DNA of 64,000 nt, from NCBI RefSeq assembly GCF_964204865.1, contig NC_135256.1:16368001-16432000 (forward strand). The letters are read 5' to 3'. Below are positions 33,901 through 48,900 of the stretch, one piece after another (within the stretch, counting starts at the first letter, position 1; each line of letters begins with the position of its first letter). The notes beneath the pieces are model-generated. The model saw only the letters and a program-made list of their open reading frames with translations, was not told the origin of the DNA and did no database searches. A program made the position numbers and the translations under genes. The DNA is from Styela clava. Its lineage: Eukaryota.

Positions 33901-36900
33901 ATTCAAACTATCGTCCCGGAAGCTATATTCAACTCCCAAATCTGATTTAAACTTCCAAAGAGGTTGCCCAATATCACAAACAATTTCATCAAATCATATT
34001 TGCTGAGTAATCTGTGAAAACAATGTAAATAATGCTGTTTGATGTAATGCAATTTTGTCCATATTACCAAACCACTTTCTGATCCTATGAAACACATGTC
34101 AGATAATTTGTTGATGGGATTATATGTTATCGCTGGATGAGAGTTGAATATTTACATATTAAGTACGCGTTACCACTACAATGATAAGAAATTGAATATG
34201 ATCTAATCTATTTTTGATCGTACACTCAAACAACGCGTGTGTGTTGACAAAGATTGCTGACATTTTTTAATATTTCCGTCAATGTAATATGAGTTCAGCA
34301 TTTCAATAAATAAATATTTACCATATAATCTCTGGCTTTTGTTCATTAAATAATAACATACCAAACTAAAATACCATTTACCTCCGAACTTGTTTTTGTT
34401 TTTTTACTTTTCACTCAACACATTTTTTCACTTCTTTGAGGCTTGCTGCTTGCTTGCTCGCAATGCAATACAAAATTTACAAATAACAAAAATTAGGAAT
34501 TTGAAATGAATTACGCCGAAAATTAATTTTCCTATTATTTTGGATTGACGGGCATAAAAAACTCCATATGAAACTCCATTAAATAAACAAAAATAATATT
34601 AAAATATTATTTTACACAAATAGCCACATATACTAAATACAAAAAAAAACACTTTTTGTTGGAGAAATGACTTTTATTTTCAATTGTTCAAAACTGCAAC
34701 CGCAAAAAAAATTCAATTTTTGTCTTTTTTTAAAATATTCATTTTATCAAACAATAAAAAAATTGAATTTTACTACGTTCAACTTATGTTGCTATTTCAT
34801 CGTTTGCTATTTTTGAAAATAAAAATAAAATTGCCAAATAGAAATCATCATTTTCGTGAATTTATTTATATGTATATCAATTACTTTTAGTGTGTAAAAA
34901 AAAGTAAATGATGAGTAGTAATATTGTGAAAATTAAATTGAATTGTTTTGTTGTATTTTTACCTTTGCTGCTTGGTTTTATTGTGTTCAAAGTGTTCAAA
35001 TCGTGTATCCAAAAATTAAATCCATATCAATTTATTGACTGATTACATTTTCTGCTACAGTTTCCCCACATACGATTTTATTGAATATTTAATTCATTTT
35101 TCAATAAAGCGTCTGAAGCTATTTTTGTCTCGCTCTTATCTTGTTTATACTTTGTAAATTAATGATAAATATAGTACGGGTAAAATATAATAATTAGCAG
35201 TTGCTATTAATACGACTGTTACATATTTTTGCGTGATATGACGTTACAGACACCTAATGGCGCATGCGTCGCTTTGGACTTTAGTTACGTCAAATGACGA
35301 AGAAAATAAAAATAATAAGATTTCATTAGGTTTGAATGCTGACAAAAGTTGTCCAATTTTTGAATAAAAATTACATAGCTTAAAATACGTAAACATAACC
35401 TCGCCAATAATTGTAATAACAATTAAGCATTAGCAACAGCATCATGTTTTTTTGCAATCAAATACTTATATCTAATATTCAATAGTGAATAAGTTGTTTT
35501 ATTGTATATATTATTCACTTATTGTTTTTAAATTCTAAACGCATACACTGTTCTATGCTTTTAGCCAATATATATAGGCCAACACCTTGTTTAAATATAA
35601 AATTATGACTATAGAAAGAATAGACAATCATGACATACAAACCACGTCATGACCTTTCCAAAACTTCACGCACTTACATGGATTTGTTACGTAACCGTTA
35701 CCGGACGAACTTTAATCGTAAATCATAATTTTTAATGCATTACCTATTACATATTTAGTCCGATAGAGCGACATTTTTAATAGCAGAATATTTGTATTAA
35801 AGTTCATTAGGCAAAAATTAAACTGCTTTAAAGAGCATTAATAAAAGTTTGAAATACTTCAATTATTCCATTGCTTTCTAATGCAAAGACCAATATGAAA
35901 ACATAGCAAACCATTAGTATATTTTCAAAATTATTCTTTGCACATATGGTTGATATAACCATAATAGGTTCTTTGTTTTCTTTTTATGCAAAAATTGCTA
36001 TCTAAGAACATAATGAGCATATGGATGCATAACGCAATATTCTTTCATTATGCATTATCTGTATAAGGAGTTTGTTTGTCTTTAAATTAGAATAATCTAT
36101 ATCTTAACAAAACGTGTTTTCGCATACTCGTACATAGAATACTCATACATAGAGCGCAGACCACGACAAATGACTAGAAAATACCAATGCGTTTTGTGGT
36201 GATATTTGGGGATACTCGCCTCGAATTCTTTCTTAAAATGGCTTTGTTTGAAATACCATTGAAATAGATTCGCGCTCCGAATAATAGTTTGAGTGAATTA
36301 AATCATATAGTAAAATGATATACAAATCAAGTTTTGTTTATAGTTGCATCTCATCCACGATCCAAGTATAGAATAAAATGAAACATTTGTAATCTCACGA
36401 CTTTGACTTTCAAATAATAGTTATGTTTATCACGCGCCAAAAATACTAAACAAAGTAACCAGTCAGAATGTATACTTCCCCTGACTATGAATAATAACAC
36501 CAATTAAGATGCGGCTTTTGCGTCTCGATTATATTGAGACATAAAAGGAATCCATATAATATATACTAATTAGGAAAACAAGTCATTTCCGATTTTTCGC
36601 AAATGAATTTAGTTTATGTGCGAGTATCTATTTTGTCTGTGTTCAATGAAAAGCTTGATGCTTTGATTTTGTTATAGGTAATGTTTCAACTTTAAGTACC
36701 TATCACTGCCGGACACTCATTATATTTCTAATGAATACAAGCGCTTCAAAGGCGGGGCAAGTTATGTTATCTTGCTCGAAAATCTGTTATAATCTTCAAT
36801 TTTGCTAATTAAGCAAGGATAAATTTGCAAACCTCGTACCAGGTTGTAATTCTTCGCTTGATACCGAGAGCTAAAAAACAAAATAAATAATTTAATATCG

Positions 36901-37502
36901 TAAACAAATGATTTTATCGATATTGCCACATTTTTACTGACCTATTACAATAAATACCGCTTGTTGCGATTACGACAGTTACCGTTCAAATGGGTTTCGA
37001 TAGTACCCACCCAACCTCTCACTTTATATTATTTTAAACACACAGTATGACCGAATCAATAAAGTGTGGTGAATCGTCAAATTTTATGAGGGCAAGGTCC
37101 AGAGCGTTCATCTATCAGTGGCGAAAACATTGAATAATCGGTTGCCAACACTCGGGTATCCGCATTCACATATATTGTTGTGGCAGATTCTATATCCTTT
37201 TTTAAATGTTTCATTCGGGACATATATCCATTCAGATATATTAATGGAATTATGTAAAATTCAATGGATGAGTATATAGAGTACAGGCTGTAACGTAAAT
37301 ATAATTAAAACGTAAACGCAAGTCACCCCGCTCGCTAAATATAGAAGTTACCTAATAAAATTGTAATGACTAAGTTTAAGTAATTACATTAATAAGAATA
37401 ACACGTTACCACTTCAATCATGGCAATCAATCTATCTCTTCCGGTTTAAGCTATTCTGAAGTGCGGTAAGGTGGTTTAAATGAAAATTGTTAACACCCAT
37501 TC

Positions 37503-37843
37503 CAGTGTTCTTCAAATTTTCATCACTACTCTCTTGGCAAGGCCAAATTTCTCGACACAAAGGAACTAAAACAAAATTTAATAATTCCAAAAATATTTGA
37601 AAAAAATAATGAAACTGAAAATACCTTTAATTTGACCGATGTGCCTGCATATTGTCGCACAAAAATAAACGAATCTTAGCCCTATTTCGATTATGGTGGG
37701 TCTCAGTTCTGGTTCCAAATATTTCCAATTTTGTCAATATATTGTTTTAGCATAAGTTAGTGTCGAGAATGATTTTACCGCGACCCCCTTGAAACCTTTT
37801 GCAACCCGCCGGGGGTCGTGACCCTCAGTTTGAAGAGTCCTAC
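37503..37843. mobile_element. Degenerate hAT-type MITE
   Basis: Left end cagtgttcttcaaa; right end cgcgacccc...ggggtcgtgaccctcagtttgaaga; no clear TSD. Confidence 0.4.
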
Positions 37844-40800
37844 AGGATGGAAAACTTGTCGAAAATCATAGAAACATGCAGCAACAATACCAATTAAAAG
37901 TAAGTTAAAAATATATTTAAAGTGAGTAATATATTGAAAATATGGGACGCATTATCAACCAAGAAGCTTGATACATAATGCAGTTACCATTTTGTAAAAA
38001 AGGTCATGCCACCATATCAATAATCTCTTAACATATTCGCCATCTCATCACGGAAGTTATTGAACCCGCACCGTTAATAGGTTTTATATTTTATACTTTT
38101 ATTGCAATAATATTAAATCAGCTCAAGAATATAATCTTATCGTAAAGAAATTGTCTGTGATATTGTAATCATGCTATTTTTGGGAAGCGCGACCTGTAGG
38201 TAAGAAGGTTGTCTTGACTCGAATCCATCGGCAAATATCACAGGTCTGTTAAAAAAGAAATTTTTTAATGCAACAATGGCATTGCTGTTTGATCGGGACC
38301 AGTTGTAGGTTCCATTTGTCGTTGCTGTTACTGCCGATAAAAAATCAGTTCGTTTTAGTCATTTACGTCAGTTGTAGTGTAAACCTTTGTGTTGTACTAT
38401 TCCAGTGGCAAATCAACATCGATATTTTGTAAAGTCACTTTGTAGGTCAATCAGAAATACTTACACCCATCATACATTTTGCACTTAAAATCTCCAATTG
38501 CTGGCCACTTGAATTGGTTATACTGCGAAACAATCAGAAGATATTTGTTATAAGTTCAACCGAAAGATAAACTGAGCTGCCAGAATAGAGGACTTGGCGA
38601 GGGCTCCATCCCAAACTGGGGAATGTTGTAAAAAACTGTTTTACCTGTTGAACTATTTTGGTGAATATAGCTTTTTCCGAACTTCGATCAGAAACCAGTT
38701 CAAAAAGCATCTATTTTTTTGTAAGTTTTAAAAATTTCTGCATACGCCCTTTGTCTTGAAACTCTCTATGTTTCTCAATAAAAAAACGCTTGGACCTCAA
38801 ATAACATTGAAAACTGATAACCGTCATTCCTTCTTGAAAATAAAGTAGGCCTTGATGACGTTTTCGTTGCTTAGTGAATTCCATCGTTTCCGGGCGAAAA
38901 TGACTAGATAGCCGCTAGAAAATAACTGAATTTTTTGGCGGTAAAAGCAACATCGAATAACACCCAACAGTTGGTCTTAGCCAAATATTGATGTAACAGT
39001 GGCATTCAAAGTTTTCTTTTTTTACGCGCTATTACGGCATATTAGATTGTAAACGTCCGTCACAAATGGCAGTACAATGAGCGAGGGGTGGGTGACTACA
39101 TTTAGGGATCTATTTGCGAAATCGACTTGGACTATTGTTGTAGATCTAGAAAAGAAATGATGTTTTTTGATTAATTTTAAGTCTGTTTGGTAGCTTAAAA
39201 GATATTTAACATGTGTTAGAATTAATTTTGTCAGGATTTCTAACATAGAATACAAGGAATGAATATATCTCTGGAAAATAAAAACAACAAGAAAATAGAC
39301 TATGTTATATTGAAAGTTTATGCTGTTTCATGTCACAATTATCCGCCAAAACCAGATTTTGGGAAAATTCCTTACTTTCTCAAAACCCAAATTTAAAAAT
39401 GAATGATGTGATTTTTTCAATGTACATGTCAAAATCTAACTGGAAATCTAGGTCAAAAGATGGAAACAAACGAAAAAAAAATTGTTGTTAAACAGTAGGC
39501 TAATATGAATAATACGACAGAACGATCAACGAACAATTAAACGAATACATATCTATTTCATGGTCAAACATAATAATCCCCACGGAAATTTCATAGTTTA
39601 CGTACATATCGTTCCTATTATATGTGTTTCTAGAAATCATTTTTAAGGGAATTCCTATAAGCAAGATCATTCAAAAGTACGAGAGATTTATCTATGATTC
39701 AAAGGTAAGTGTTAGTATCGAAATTACAATAGATACTGTAAATTTATGATTGTGCTATACGTCAGAGCAAATGCCGATTTGCATTTTGTACGATTGGTTT
39801 CCACGCGTTGCATAAATTCGAAGCGAATAGTTAAAAGATTTTGCATATGTCTAGTCATATTTCCATTCCTGAATTTCGGTTCACTTTTATTCATTGTGTA
39901 GGCTACCTTGAATCAGGAATTAACTAGCCAATTTTGACCATTGAGAAAGAATGAGAAGAAGAAAGGGTAGAAAAATCGTCAAATTAATCTCACTATATAG
40001 TCTAGTTTAGTTGATTCAGCAAAAGTTAACAAATACAAACCGTCCATTGCGCGCTCTAGCGCCAACGCGCGGGGATTGGTAAATTAGTAAACAATATATT
40101 GAAGTTTAATTTTCAAATGAAATCAATAATAAATTTGGAATTTCAAAAACAAATTTACACTATATAGATAAACAGAAATGTATTGAACTAATAATAATCT
40201 GAACGTTTCATTGGAAATAAATATCTTCCATTCTGCCAAACACTTGCGATTGCTCACTTTCTACTGGTCAAATCATCACAACCCAATTGTTTGTTTTCGG
40301 TGCATATTCATAACATAAATTCTAAACCGCATAAAAGTTTTTGTATGGAATTGTGTTCATCCTATTTTTGAGAATGAGCTGAAATTGTATCATTCAAACA
40401 CAAATTTGAAATATTGTTATTAAACAAAATATTCCAGACAAAAAGTTGTACCAAAGCATACTTTTCTAGTAATTAGCATGGTGATCGGGTGAATGTTTTT
40501 CATTTTTAAGAGATGCTTTTTGCTCCTCACCCGGCACAATGCATATAAAAATCATCACGTGACAAAGAGAATTGATGGTATATCCGGTTCAGTATCTTGA
40601 CTATTCATAACACTGTATAAATAAGGTTTTATTACAGGCCGACCTATATCTAACCTCGCATAAACATAGTAACGTCACCGCATTTATATTCCGAACTATT
40701 GCTCCCATTTGTTCTTTGTTTAAGTTAACAGTCGTATGTTGAATCACTAAGGACGTGGATCATTATGTAAGTGGTAAATAGAGCGAGAGACGAGGTGGGA

Positions 40801-41415
40801 GATGTTGAGATCTGCTCCGCCTAATTCAGATAAAGTACAAGTTCTTTTTTCAATCCTATTTTAGACAGTGTCAGCTGCAAAGCGGGTGCGATCTATTTTT
40901 CGTAAACGATTATAAATTATATCACAGATGTCGTCTATGATTTATGTGAATCTTTTATATCATAGAAGATTATTTCTTCCTCAGTTGCCCTTAGAAATGA
41001 GGAAAAAAAAATACAAATAGACACATAGTCCATCAATCTTTTATATAAAACATTTAGAATTCTTTCTGTAGGAGAATATAACAGTAGGTTTGCCAAACAG
41101 TGATTGTTCAAGCACCCCGACGTAGGCAATTGTAAAACCTGGTGAAAACCCACTAAATCGCGCGGTTCTTCAAAGAAATGTAAACGGTTTCTCTAAGTTC
41201 ACAGTTTATAGGGAATCGATTATCTCTAACTTTATGACCGCGTTAACCCTTTTCGGGTAATTTGATCAGATAAATGTGTTATATAACAAGACTATTTTTT
41301 ACCATTTCTTTGGATTAGAAAAATTGGAATAATATAAAGAGAAATTTTACCAAGGACATTGATATAATTGATTGTCACTGAACTATCGCAATATTAGTGT
41401 ACGAGTTTGTATAAC

Positions 41416-42399
41416 ATGAGTGGTAGTGGTAATGCTTCAGATTATGATGAAACCACATTGCATGGATATTTGCAAGAGGACTTAGTCACCTTACAACAAG
41501 CAGATAACAACTACACGGCTAGTAGCAATAGCCCGTTGACAGCAAACTATGCAGAATGGCTTTTCTGTTTCGCGATGACCGCAATTTTTCTTGCATTTTC
41601 GGTCTATTTATTAATTGCTATGATTTTTTATCAAGTTCAAATAAGGTCAACGAAAAAAAATATAAACTCACGCCCCGGAAGTGAAAGAAAGGGGGGAAGC
41701 TCAAAGTTCATCGATGGCTTGCTTATACTCTGCACGGTGTCAAGCATTGTAAGACTTATTTTCGATTTCTGGATCGAAGTTTCTTGTGTTTTTTCAATGA
41801 CTCTAAATATTGCTTTGGCAGCAATGTGTTTTGCTTGCTGCTATATAATGCTATGGAGACGACAAAGACTGTTGTATGCTCACAAACTCATGAAATATTT
41901 GGCTTCACCGGTTATCAAAGCACTGAGCTGGGTGACTTTGGTTATCTTGATTATCAGTATCATATTAAACTGTGTATTTTTCGTGATCTTGGGTATAAAC
42001 TACGGTACAACAGAGCGATATAAATGTGAATTTGGTGAATCAAACAAATGGTACACCATAAAATGGATTGTTCTAGCCTCGACAACAGTGACGTTTCAAT
42101 CAATCTTACTTGTATTATTCATTTATCCGTTGTGTGATCACGAGAAAAAGATGCAAATTGCCAATGTACAACGCCCTGCAATGCCTCTGCAATCGTTGCT
42201 TCGACGAGTTCTTGTCACGGCCATAATATGTATGTTCAGTGACATACTAATGGCGGTTCTTTCTTCAGTTATTATTCGACCAACCGGTGAAATTTATAGC
42301 CTAGCATATACAATTGATATAGCCATTAATATTGTGTCTATTATTTGTTCGTTTTCTGATTGGAGATATCGTTTAATGCCTTTTCAGAAGCCAATGTGA
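41416..42399 (+). CDS. Intronless orphan seven-transmembrane (GPCR-like) protein, ~327 aa
   Basis: Seven hydrophobic segments, N-terminal N-glycosylation sequons (NAS, NYT), Cys at the top of TM3 and in ECL2; LWRRQR after TM3 instead of DRY; first ATG at 41416. Confidence 0.85.
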   Translation: MSGSGNASDYDETTLHGYLQEDLVTLQQADNNYTASSNSPLTANYAEWLFCFAMTAIFLAFSVYLLIAMIFYQVQIRSTKKNINSRPGSERKGGSSKFIDGLLILCTVSSIVRLIFDFWIEVSCVFSMTLNIALAAMCFACCYIMLWRRQRLLYAHKLMKYLASPVIKALSWVTLVILIISIILNCVFFVILGINYGTTERYKCEFGESNKWYTIKWIVLASTTVTFQSILLVLFIYPLCDHEKKMQIANVQRPAMPLQSLLRRVLVTAIICMFSDILMAVLSSVIIRPTGEIYSLAYTIDIAINIVSIICSFSDWRYRLMPFQKPM

Positions 42400-42962
42400 T
42401 GCATCCGACGTGTTAATATTTATCTCTATGATTCGTCTTCAATTCATATGTTATAATATAGGCCTATAGACTAATATATGTACATAAATATATATATATG
42501 AACTATTGTACTTTAGCTTTAAATAAATTCCTCGACAGAGGAAGAAGTCACAATATGTACTATATGCTAATTGGAAACTAATTTTTATCCTGAGTTGTTC
42601 GACTGTTCGACCGCCTATCTAACTAGAAATTGTAAGAATAAAGAATAAATGACCGAGTGAATTTAATGGTTAGCTCAAACGACTCATGTCAATGTCCTTG
42701 GCACGATGGCATTAATGCTGCCGTCCACCCACGTCACGATGATAGACAAACCCAGCCCATTTAAACACAGCTCGAAAAGGGCGAAGGCCAAGACAATTTA
42801 AGGATGAATCAACTTTTTCACTTTACTGCTGTATGCCGTTTTCCAGGTTTTACAAATGAACAAGAAAGCACAAGTTCAATCATAAAAATGTATTATCATT
42901 TCAATAAAATATGTGAAGTAGATTGATTTTGATCAGGATATCTCTTTCGTATGAAGAGTTCG

Positions 42963-45900
42963 TCAACGCAACTCAAAACTTTCTGCAATAGAAAAAATAA
43001 GTCAATTAAAAAATATAACAAATCATTCTTCAGTAGGAAATTTTAAAATTCTTCGAAATTTCGATTCTCCTTAATAGTGGTGACAATAACATCAATAAAC
43101 TTGAAATATACAAAGGGTATTTTGTCTCAATTTTTTATTTTGTTTGGTTAACATTGCCCCAACCACCATATGCTAGCAATGGATATATCGCTTTACAGAG
43201 GATATAAAATCCATGAAACGTTTCCACTCACATTTATGTTATTTGTTTAGACTTAATATAAATACTTGGATATGGACATGGTCAATATATAAAGGTTGAA
43301 ACTGAAAAATTCTAAACCTATGTTGCACAAAACGAAAATCTTCCTTCTGTCTTCTGAATTTTCTGGACCGTCAATGAACTGTTAGATTGGGGTTTGTTCA
43401 TACATAACACGCACCTGTATATACGACGTACTGGTACTAGTGCATGTAGTCGATAAAGCATGAAACAGAACTTGATCCATACATTAGGCCACCGACTTAT
43501 AAGGTTAACGATCGATTTTTGAGAAAAAAAGATCCAAAGCGCGATTTTTGGTCCATGAAATACGGTACAGTGTAGCATTACAATAAAAGTAAATCACAAT
43601 AACTCAATTTATAACTCAATTTTATTCCGTGTCGTGTTCATCTGGTAATAAATTAGTTTCAGTGTTGACTACTTAGTTCAAAATTCAACTTAATCGTTGT
43701 AATACATACCGCAATGTTGTTTATGATCTTCGCAACAATTTCCATAAAACGAACAATAATAATCGCATTGGCATTCAGCTCCTTTTTCGAAGATGCATCG
43801 TTCTTTGCATGAAGGTTTATCAGCTAGAACAATAACGATAATAGTTAATTTTTCAATACAATGGGTCTTGAAGAGAAGAATTACGGCCATTTTTATTAAG
43901 GTACACTCCGGTATTCATTACTCTAATTTATTTGAAAGGCTGTGGCAGAGTCGGTGGGGGGGGGGGGGGGGGGCTGCTCCGTATCTAAGCAGTGCGAACA
44001 GCTTGTAAATTAAAAGTAAGCTATTGTGATGCCTACTCGTGTACATCTTAAATTTTTTTGTATTAGAAGGCTTGTCCATGGGAAACGTCCCATGGGATGA
44101 GATAGCACACATCTGTATTGCCCATAGAACACGTGGGACGCTAAAACCGTATGATTTTCGGGAAAATGATGGTGAAACAATTTGTTATGGATTTCGTGTC
44201 CATATCTTTAAGCATAGATCTCTAGTTAGTTATAAAGAGCAAAATATATTCAGCATTAATATTATACAATATACTTCGTGAAGGGGCCGAAGGACACATG
44301 TATAGTTATGAATATAAAGTTTACAAAGTCCGTAAATTATGTTGTTTTGCATGTCTATTCGTACATGTAGTCCTATTTAATAGACGCTAAACCTAAATTT
44401 AACAATTTTTATTGAATTTCTTTCCAATGGAAATCCCATGGGATGAGATGGGGCATAATTGCTATGGGATGGGAATGGGACAAAAAAATATGTCCCATGG
44501 ACAAGCCTGTGTATCAACCACGGGGTACAAGAACAATGCTATCTGTTGATATAGTTGATAAAAGTGGTTACGTACATTAGATTCTAAATATATCAACATA
44601 AAATCAGGCCAGTCGGTGCTGGGATATAATATATATATATCAAAACATAATTGGTATTTTCATCCGCAATTTTGCCGAAATGAAAAAAAAAATGTACATG
44701 CTTTTTTCGGATGTTACACAAAGACTAAGAAGCGCATTCGCAAAGATATCAAATTCACCTTCACATTTATCGGGTAGTGATGAAAAAAGTCCGTTCTCTT
44801 CACATGTTGCTCTTGGTTTTCCCTTTAACGTGTAACCTTTCGGACATAAAAATAGAATTCTCTCTCCAACAAATAGAACTGGTTTTTCCGCTATAAGTTC
44901 TACGTGCTCTGGTAGCGGTGATGGAATAATACATATTACTGCAAAAACAAATATGTATATCAATATGTTAAATATGGCCTTTTCTCCTTATGTTGCGAAC
45001 TAAATTAAAGCAAGGAAACGTTTTTCAAATTAACATCGCGCTACGAATCTTGTTGAATTTAAAACAAAGATACACAAAATGGTGTTTCAATGAGAGACAG
45101 AAAAATAAAGATGTATCTAAATGACATTTTTGACTAATAAGAAGTACAATGTCAATAAACATGAATGTAAATAAACATGTAGTATGTGAACCAAGATGGC
45201 GGAGACCGGAACGTAGTATGTGTACCAGGTTAGGGTTAGGCCGTAATTTCAGAAACAAATACCACGGGAGTTACTTGGCTAGTCCCCGAATTCGCAATAG
45301 AACTAAAATAGGGAAAATTGGAATAAAATTATGTCCTGCCTCTAACCTGGTACACGTACTACGTTCCGGTGTCCGCCATCTTGGTTCACATACTACGGGA
45401 GCGCCGATTTATTTTATCAGGATGGCTCATCGGGTTATAGTGAACGATTTCGTATCAATCAAAATATGCCAACTTTTCAATTTCGTCATTACTTTATATT
45501 TTATATCATTATATATATATCAACTCCTTTATAAAATATGAACATACCGGGGATGCACAAGGGTGGACTTGGCTCATATTTTCCGTTTACGCAAGTTGAT
45601 GTTTTTGGCCCGGCCAACTCGAATCCTTTATCACAAGCATACATGATCTTTCCAACATCTCCAACTGTTCTACCCCGGAACGTAGAACCGTTCTCAATTA
45701 TTGGATCAGTACACACACTTTCTTCTAGAAATATAATAAAATGATTTAGAGGTCGAAAATATATATAAAAAAAATATCAACCACATCAATTCGTAGTCAA
45801 CCAAGATTATTTTCAAAAAGTCTAAGACTCAACAAACATGACATTAGTAAGGAAAGTCCGCTGGCTCATGCGCCCATGTTTAATTCCAGCGAAAGCACTA

Positions 45901-48900
45901 TATACGTCAGTTAAAGAAAGATTTTTTGTATGAATTCTGCTAAGATTGTTTCAACAATTCTACCGGATGTAAAATTAAGTAATTTGCTGCATCTTTGCTC
46001 AAATTCCCAATAACTGTGTTCAATATTGGTTCCTTTGCAACCATTAACTTCTGCGAATTCAAGATTAGTTGAAAAAATTACATTTATTAGAATGTACAAA
46101 TAGCAGAGCTTACAATATATTAAATCTGTGTTTTCCTCCATTTTTTATTCCTATTTTCTAATATAATGAAAATAAATAATATAAATATCGAAACAAAATG
46201 GTCGAGTTTCAAACATATTTTGTTCTGCATCACTACATGAAGCCGCTTTGATCAGCAATATTAATTTCAAAATATTTGTTAAATGTACATGACATTTTGA
46301 TTTGTTCTATCCAACCTCATATTCTAAATGAATGTTAATCAGGAATGAAACTTCATTATTCCAAATTATAATGTAATTAAATACGAATGTTTGCTAATAA
46401 TCTCATTGATTGTAATTACAAATTTGAAAAATTAATGTAACAATAAGTTTTCAGAGAAAATACAGTGCCTTTACACGGCAGGAAACAATTTAAAAATAAT
46501 TTTGATGTCACATGTTGATATTAATTTCATTAAACTATCAGTCTTGCGTCAGAAATACTTCCGTTTTGCGACAAATACAATATTCCCAAATGTCAAGTGT
46601 CACTTAAAACTATCATTTTTAAGAAGGTTTCGTTTTTGAATACTTATATAACTCATAACTATTCATTATTGTATGATTGAGGCAGGTTGTTTTTCCAAGG
46701 TAACAAAGACATAGATACTCAAGTGAATCTTACATCAAAGCAAATTTGGCATGTAATAAATAACCATTTCCCTTCCTTGCAAAGGAAGCACTCCCCACAT
46801 TATTGCATTACAATGTACAGTCTAATTTTGTAAGCCTCACTTACACCGCTTTGAAAGCTTGTGTATAAGGCTTGTAATGAACCGTGATTGACTCGTTATA
46901 TTGCACATGACTGAAATAGACAATTTCAATTTGTATTTGAATGCTCTATCTTTAATAGGTAATTTCTGCACCCCCCTCTCCAGCCAGCGAGATAAAAAAA
47001 AATATATAAAACTGTTTCATCCACAAGTGAGGTCGGTCACAGGAATGCACTGGAATGAGGTAATTTCAAATCAGATAAGATCAACATAACCAAAGCCTAT
47101 TCTCCTTCTAACACACATTTGCTTCGTTGTATAAGTATTCTATGTAATTGCCCAATTTCCTAATCAAAATATGATGAAAAGACTTTTTTCGATTACCTTC
47201 ACATTTTTGTCCATCAGGATAAAATTGTCCATTCTTTAAACAAATTGCCTCCGCATCCCCAGCCAACACATAACCGGCCTCACATAGATAAATAATTTCC
47301 TTCCCGATAGGATTTTCGGACGTATCTGGAACTATCTTGCCGTTACGAGGAATTATTGGGGGATAGCATGAAGTTATTTCTGCATGGAATAAAAAATAGT
47401 GTTATATTATAACCAGAATACAGGTCTAAACTTGTTCCAAATATTCAAAATGTGGTTTTTCAGAAATTATTGTAAAAATTGATTCGTCAATGAATAATAA
47501 TTATGAAGAGTACTCCTATGCGACAAAAAGTTCATATACATAACTATGAAGATAATTGTCGGTGGCGTTTTAAACTTTGTAATGAGCTCACTCTTTTCAG
47601 ACTAAATTTTTTAATTTTAGAAAAAGTTCTAGTTTTAATTTCGTAGAATTGTGAATGATTCAAGTCAATTTCAACTAACTGATAGTGTTTATTGACAAAA
47701 AAAGACAAGCGTGAAAATTTTCCCGCTTCACTACTAAGTTAGTAGCACCACTTCAATCAGCAGAGGCTATGCATTGAATATTCTCTAAACAAATGAAAAA
47801 TAAAACAGTCAAATCATACTTTCACAGCGAGGGGGCGATGGGGTGTATTCTCCGCTTTTTCCACATGTAAGAAACTTATTCCCGTCGACCTGATATCCGT
47901 CATTACACAAATATTCAACTTCAGATTGATATTTATGTTCAGAATCTTCCATTTTGTAATAGCCATTCATAACATCTGGAGGCGGAGAGCATTTGATACC
48001 TAAGCACAAAAGAAAATAATTCACCTATTTCGAAATCAATAAATATACAGGTATTTCTACGAACTTTTGTAAGCAAAAGGGTAATTAATTGAATCAGTAT
48101 TGATAATTTCATTTTATTACAATAAATTAGTCATGTAATTATTGGCTTCATAAGTGGATGATTCAACAGATATTTAAGTACGTCTGTTCTATGATTGTTT
48201 TACATGCAAAAATATATATATATTTTATTGATTTATAGACATATTTTAAAGATTTGTAAGCATACGATATGTTCCAAATCCGTGACTATATCAAATGTAG
48301 AAGTCAAGTAATTGAGCAAAAATTGGATCTTGTGCAGCAACTTCATCCTAGCCAATGCCCACTAAAATGCACACTCAGCAGTACATCAGAATTACACAAT
48401 TCTGACTTTCTTATTTGATATGCTTTTTTTTGCGTCACCAAACAAATCATCGTGTGTTCAATTGTTCCCGCTTCATAAGTGATATTGTGAATATTTTACC
48501 AACCTTTACATTCAGGTACTTTCGGCAAAAACGTCCCATCCGGTTGACACTTAGAGCTCTTTGCTCCTTCAATCTCAAATCCATCCTTACATTCATAATG
48601 TATAGTTTGCCCCTCGTGATATATACCGGCATTTTCTACTATTCTTCCATTTTTCGGAGCTTTCGGAAAGTCGCACGTTACTCCGCCTGGTAGTGTTCCT
48701 AGTTATATGTCGAAGCGAAAGAGTGTAACTTATATAGGAACAAAGAAAAGCATTTAGACATGAATTCATTTATTATTTGAATTATTAACAATATTTACCT
48801 GATCCTGAACAGGTTGGAAATGGCCCAGAAAATTTTCCCGATTCGGTGCATTTCAGTACAACGACATCATCTTTCATAAAATATCCAATCCCGCATTTGA

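Noticed and set aside
43318-43578. 86-aa ORF downstream of the SMB exon as an S3 exon
   Set aside because: No domain signature and weak acceptors; the acceptor at 42982 is better, though the true last exon remains uncertain.
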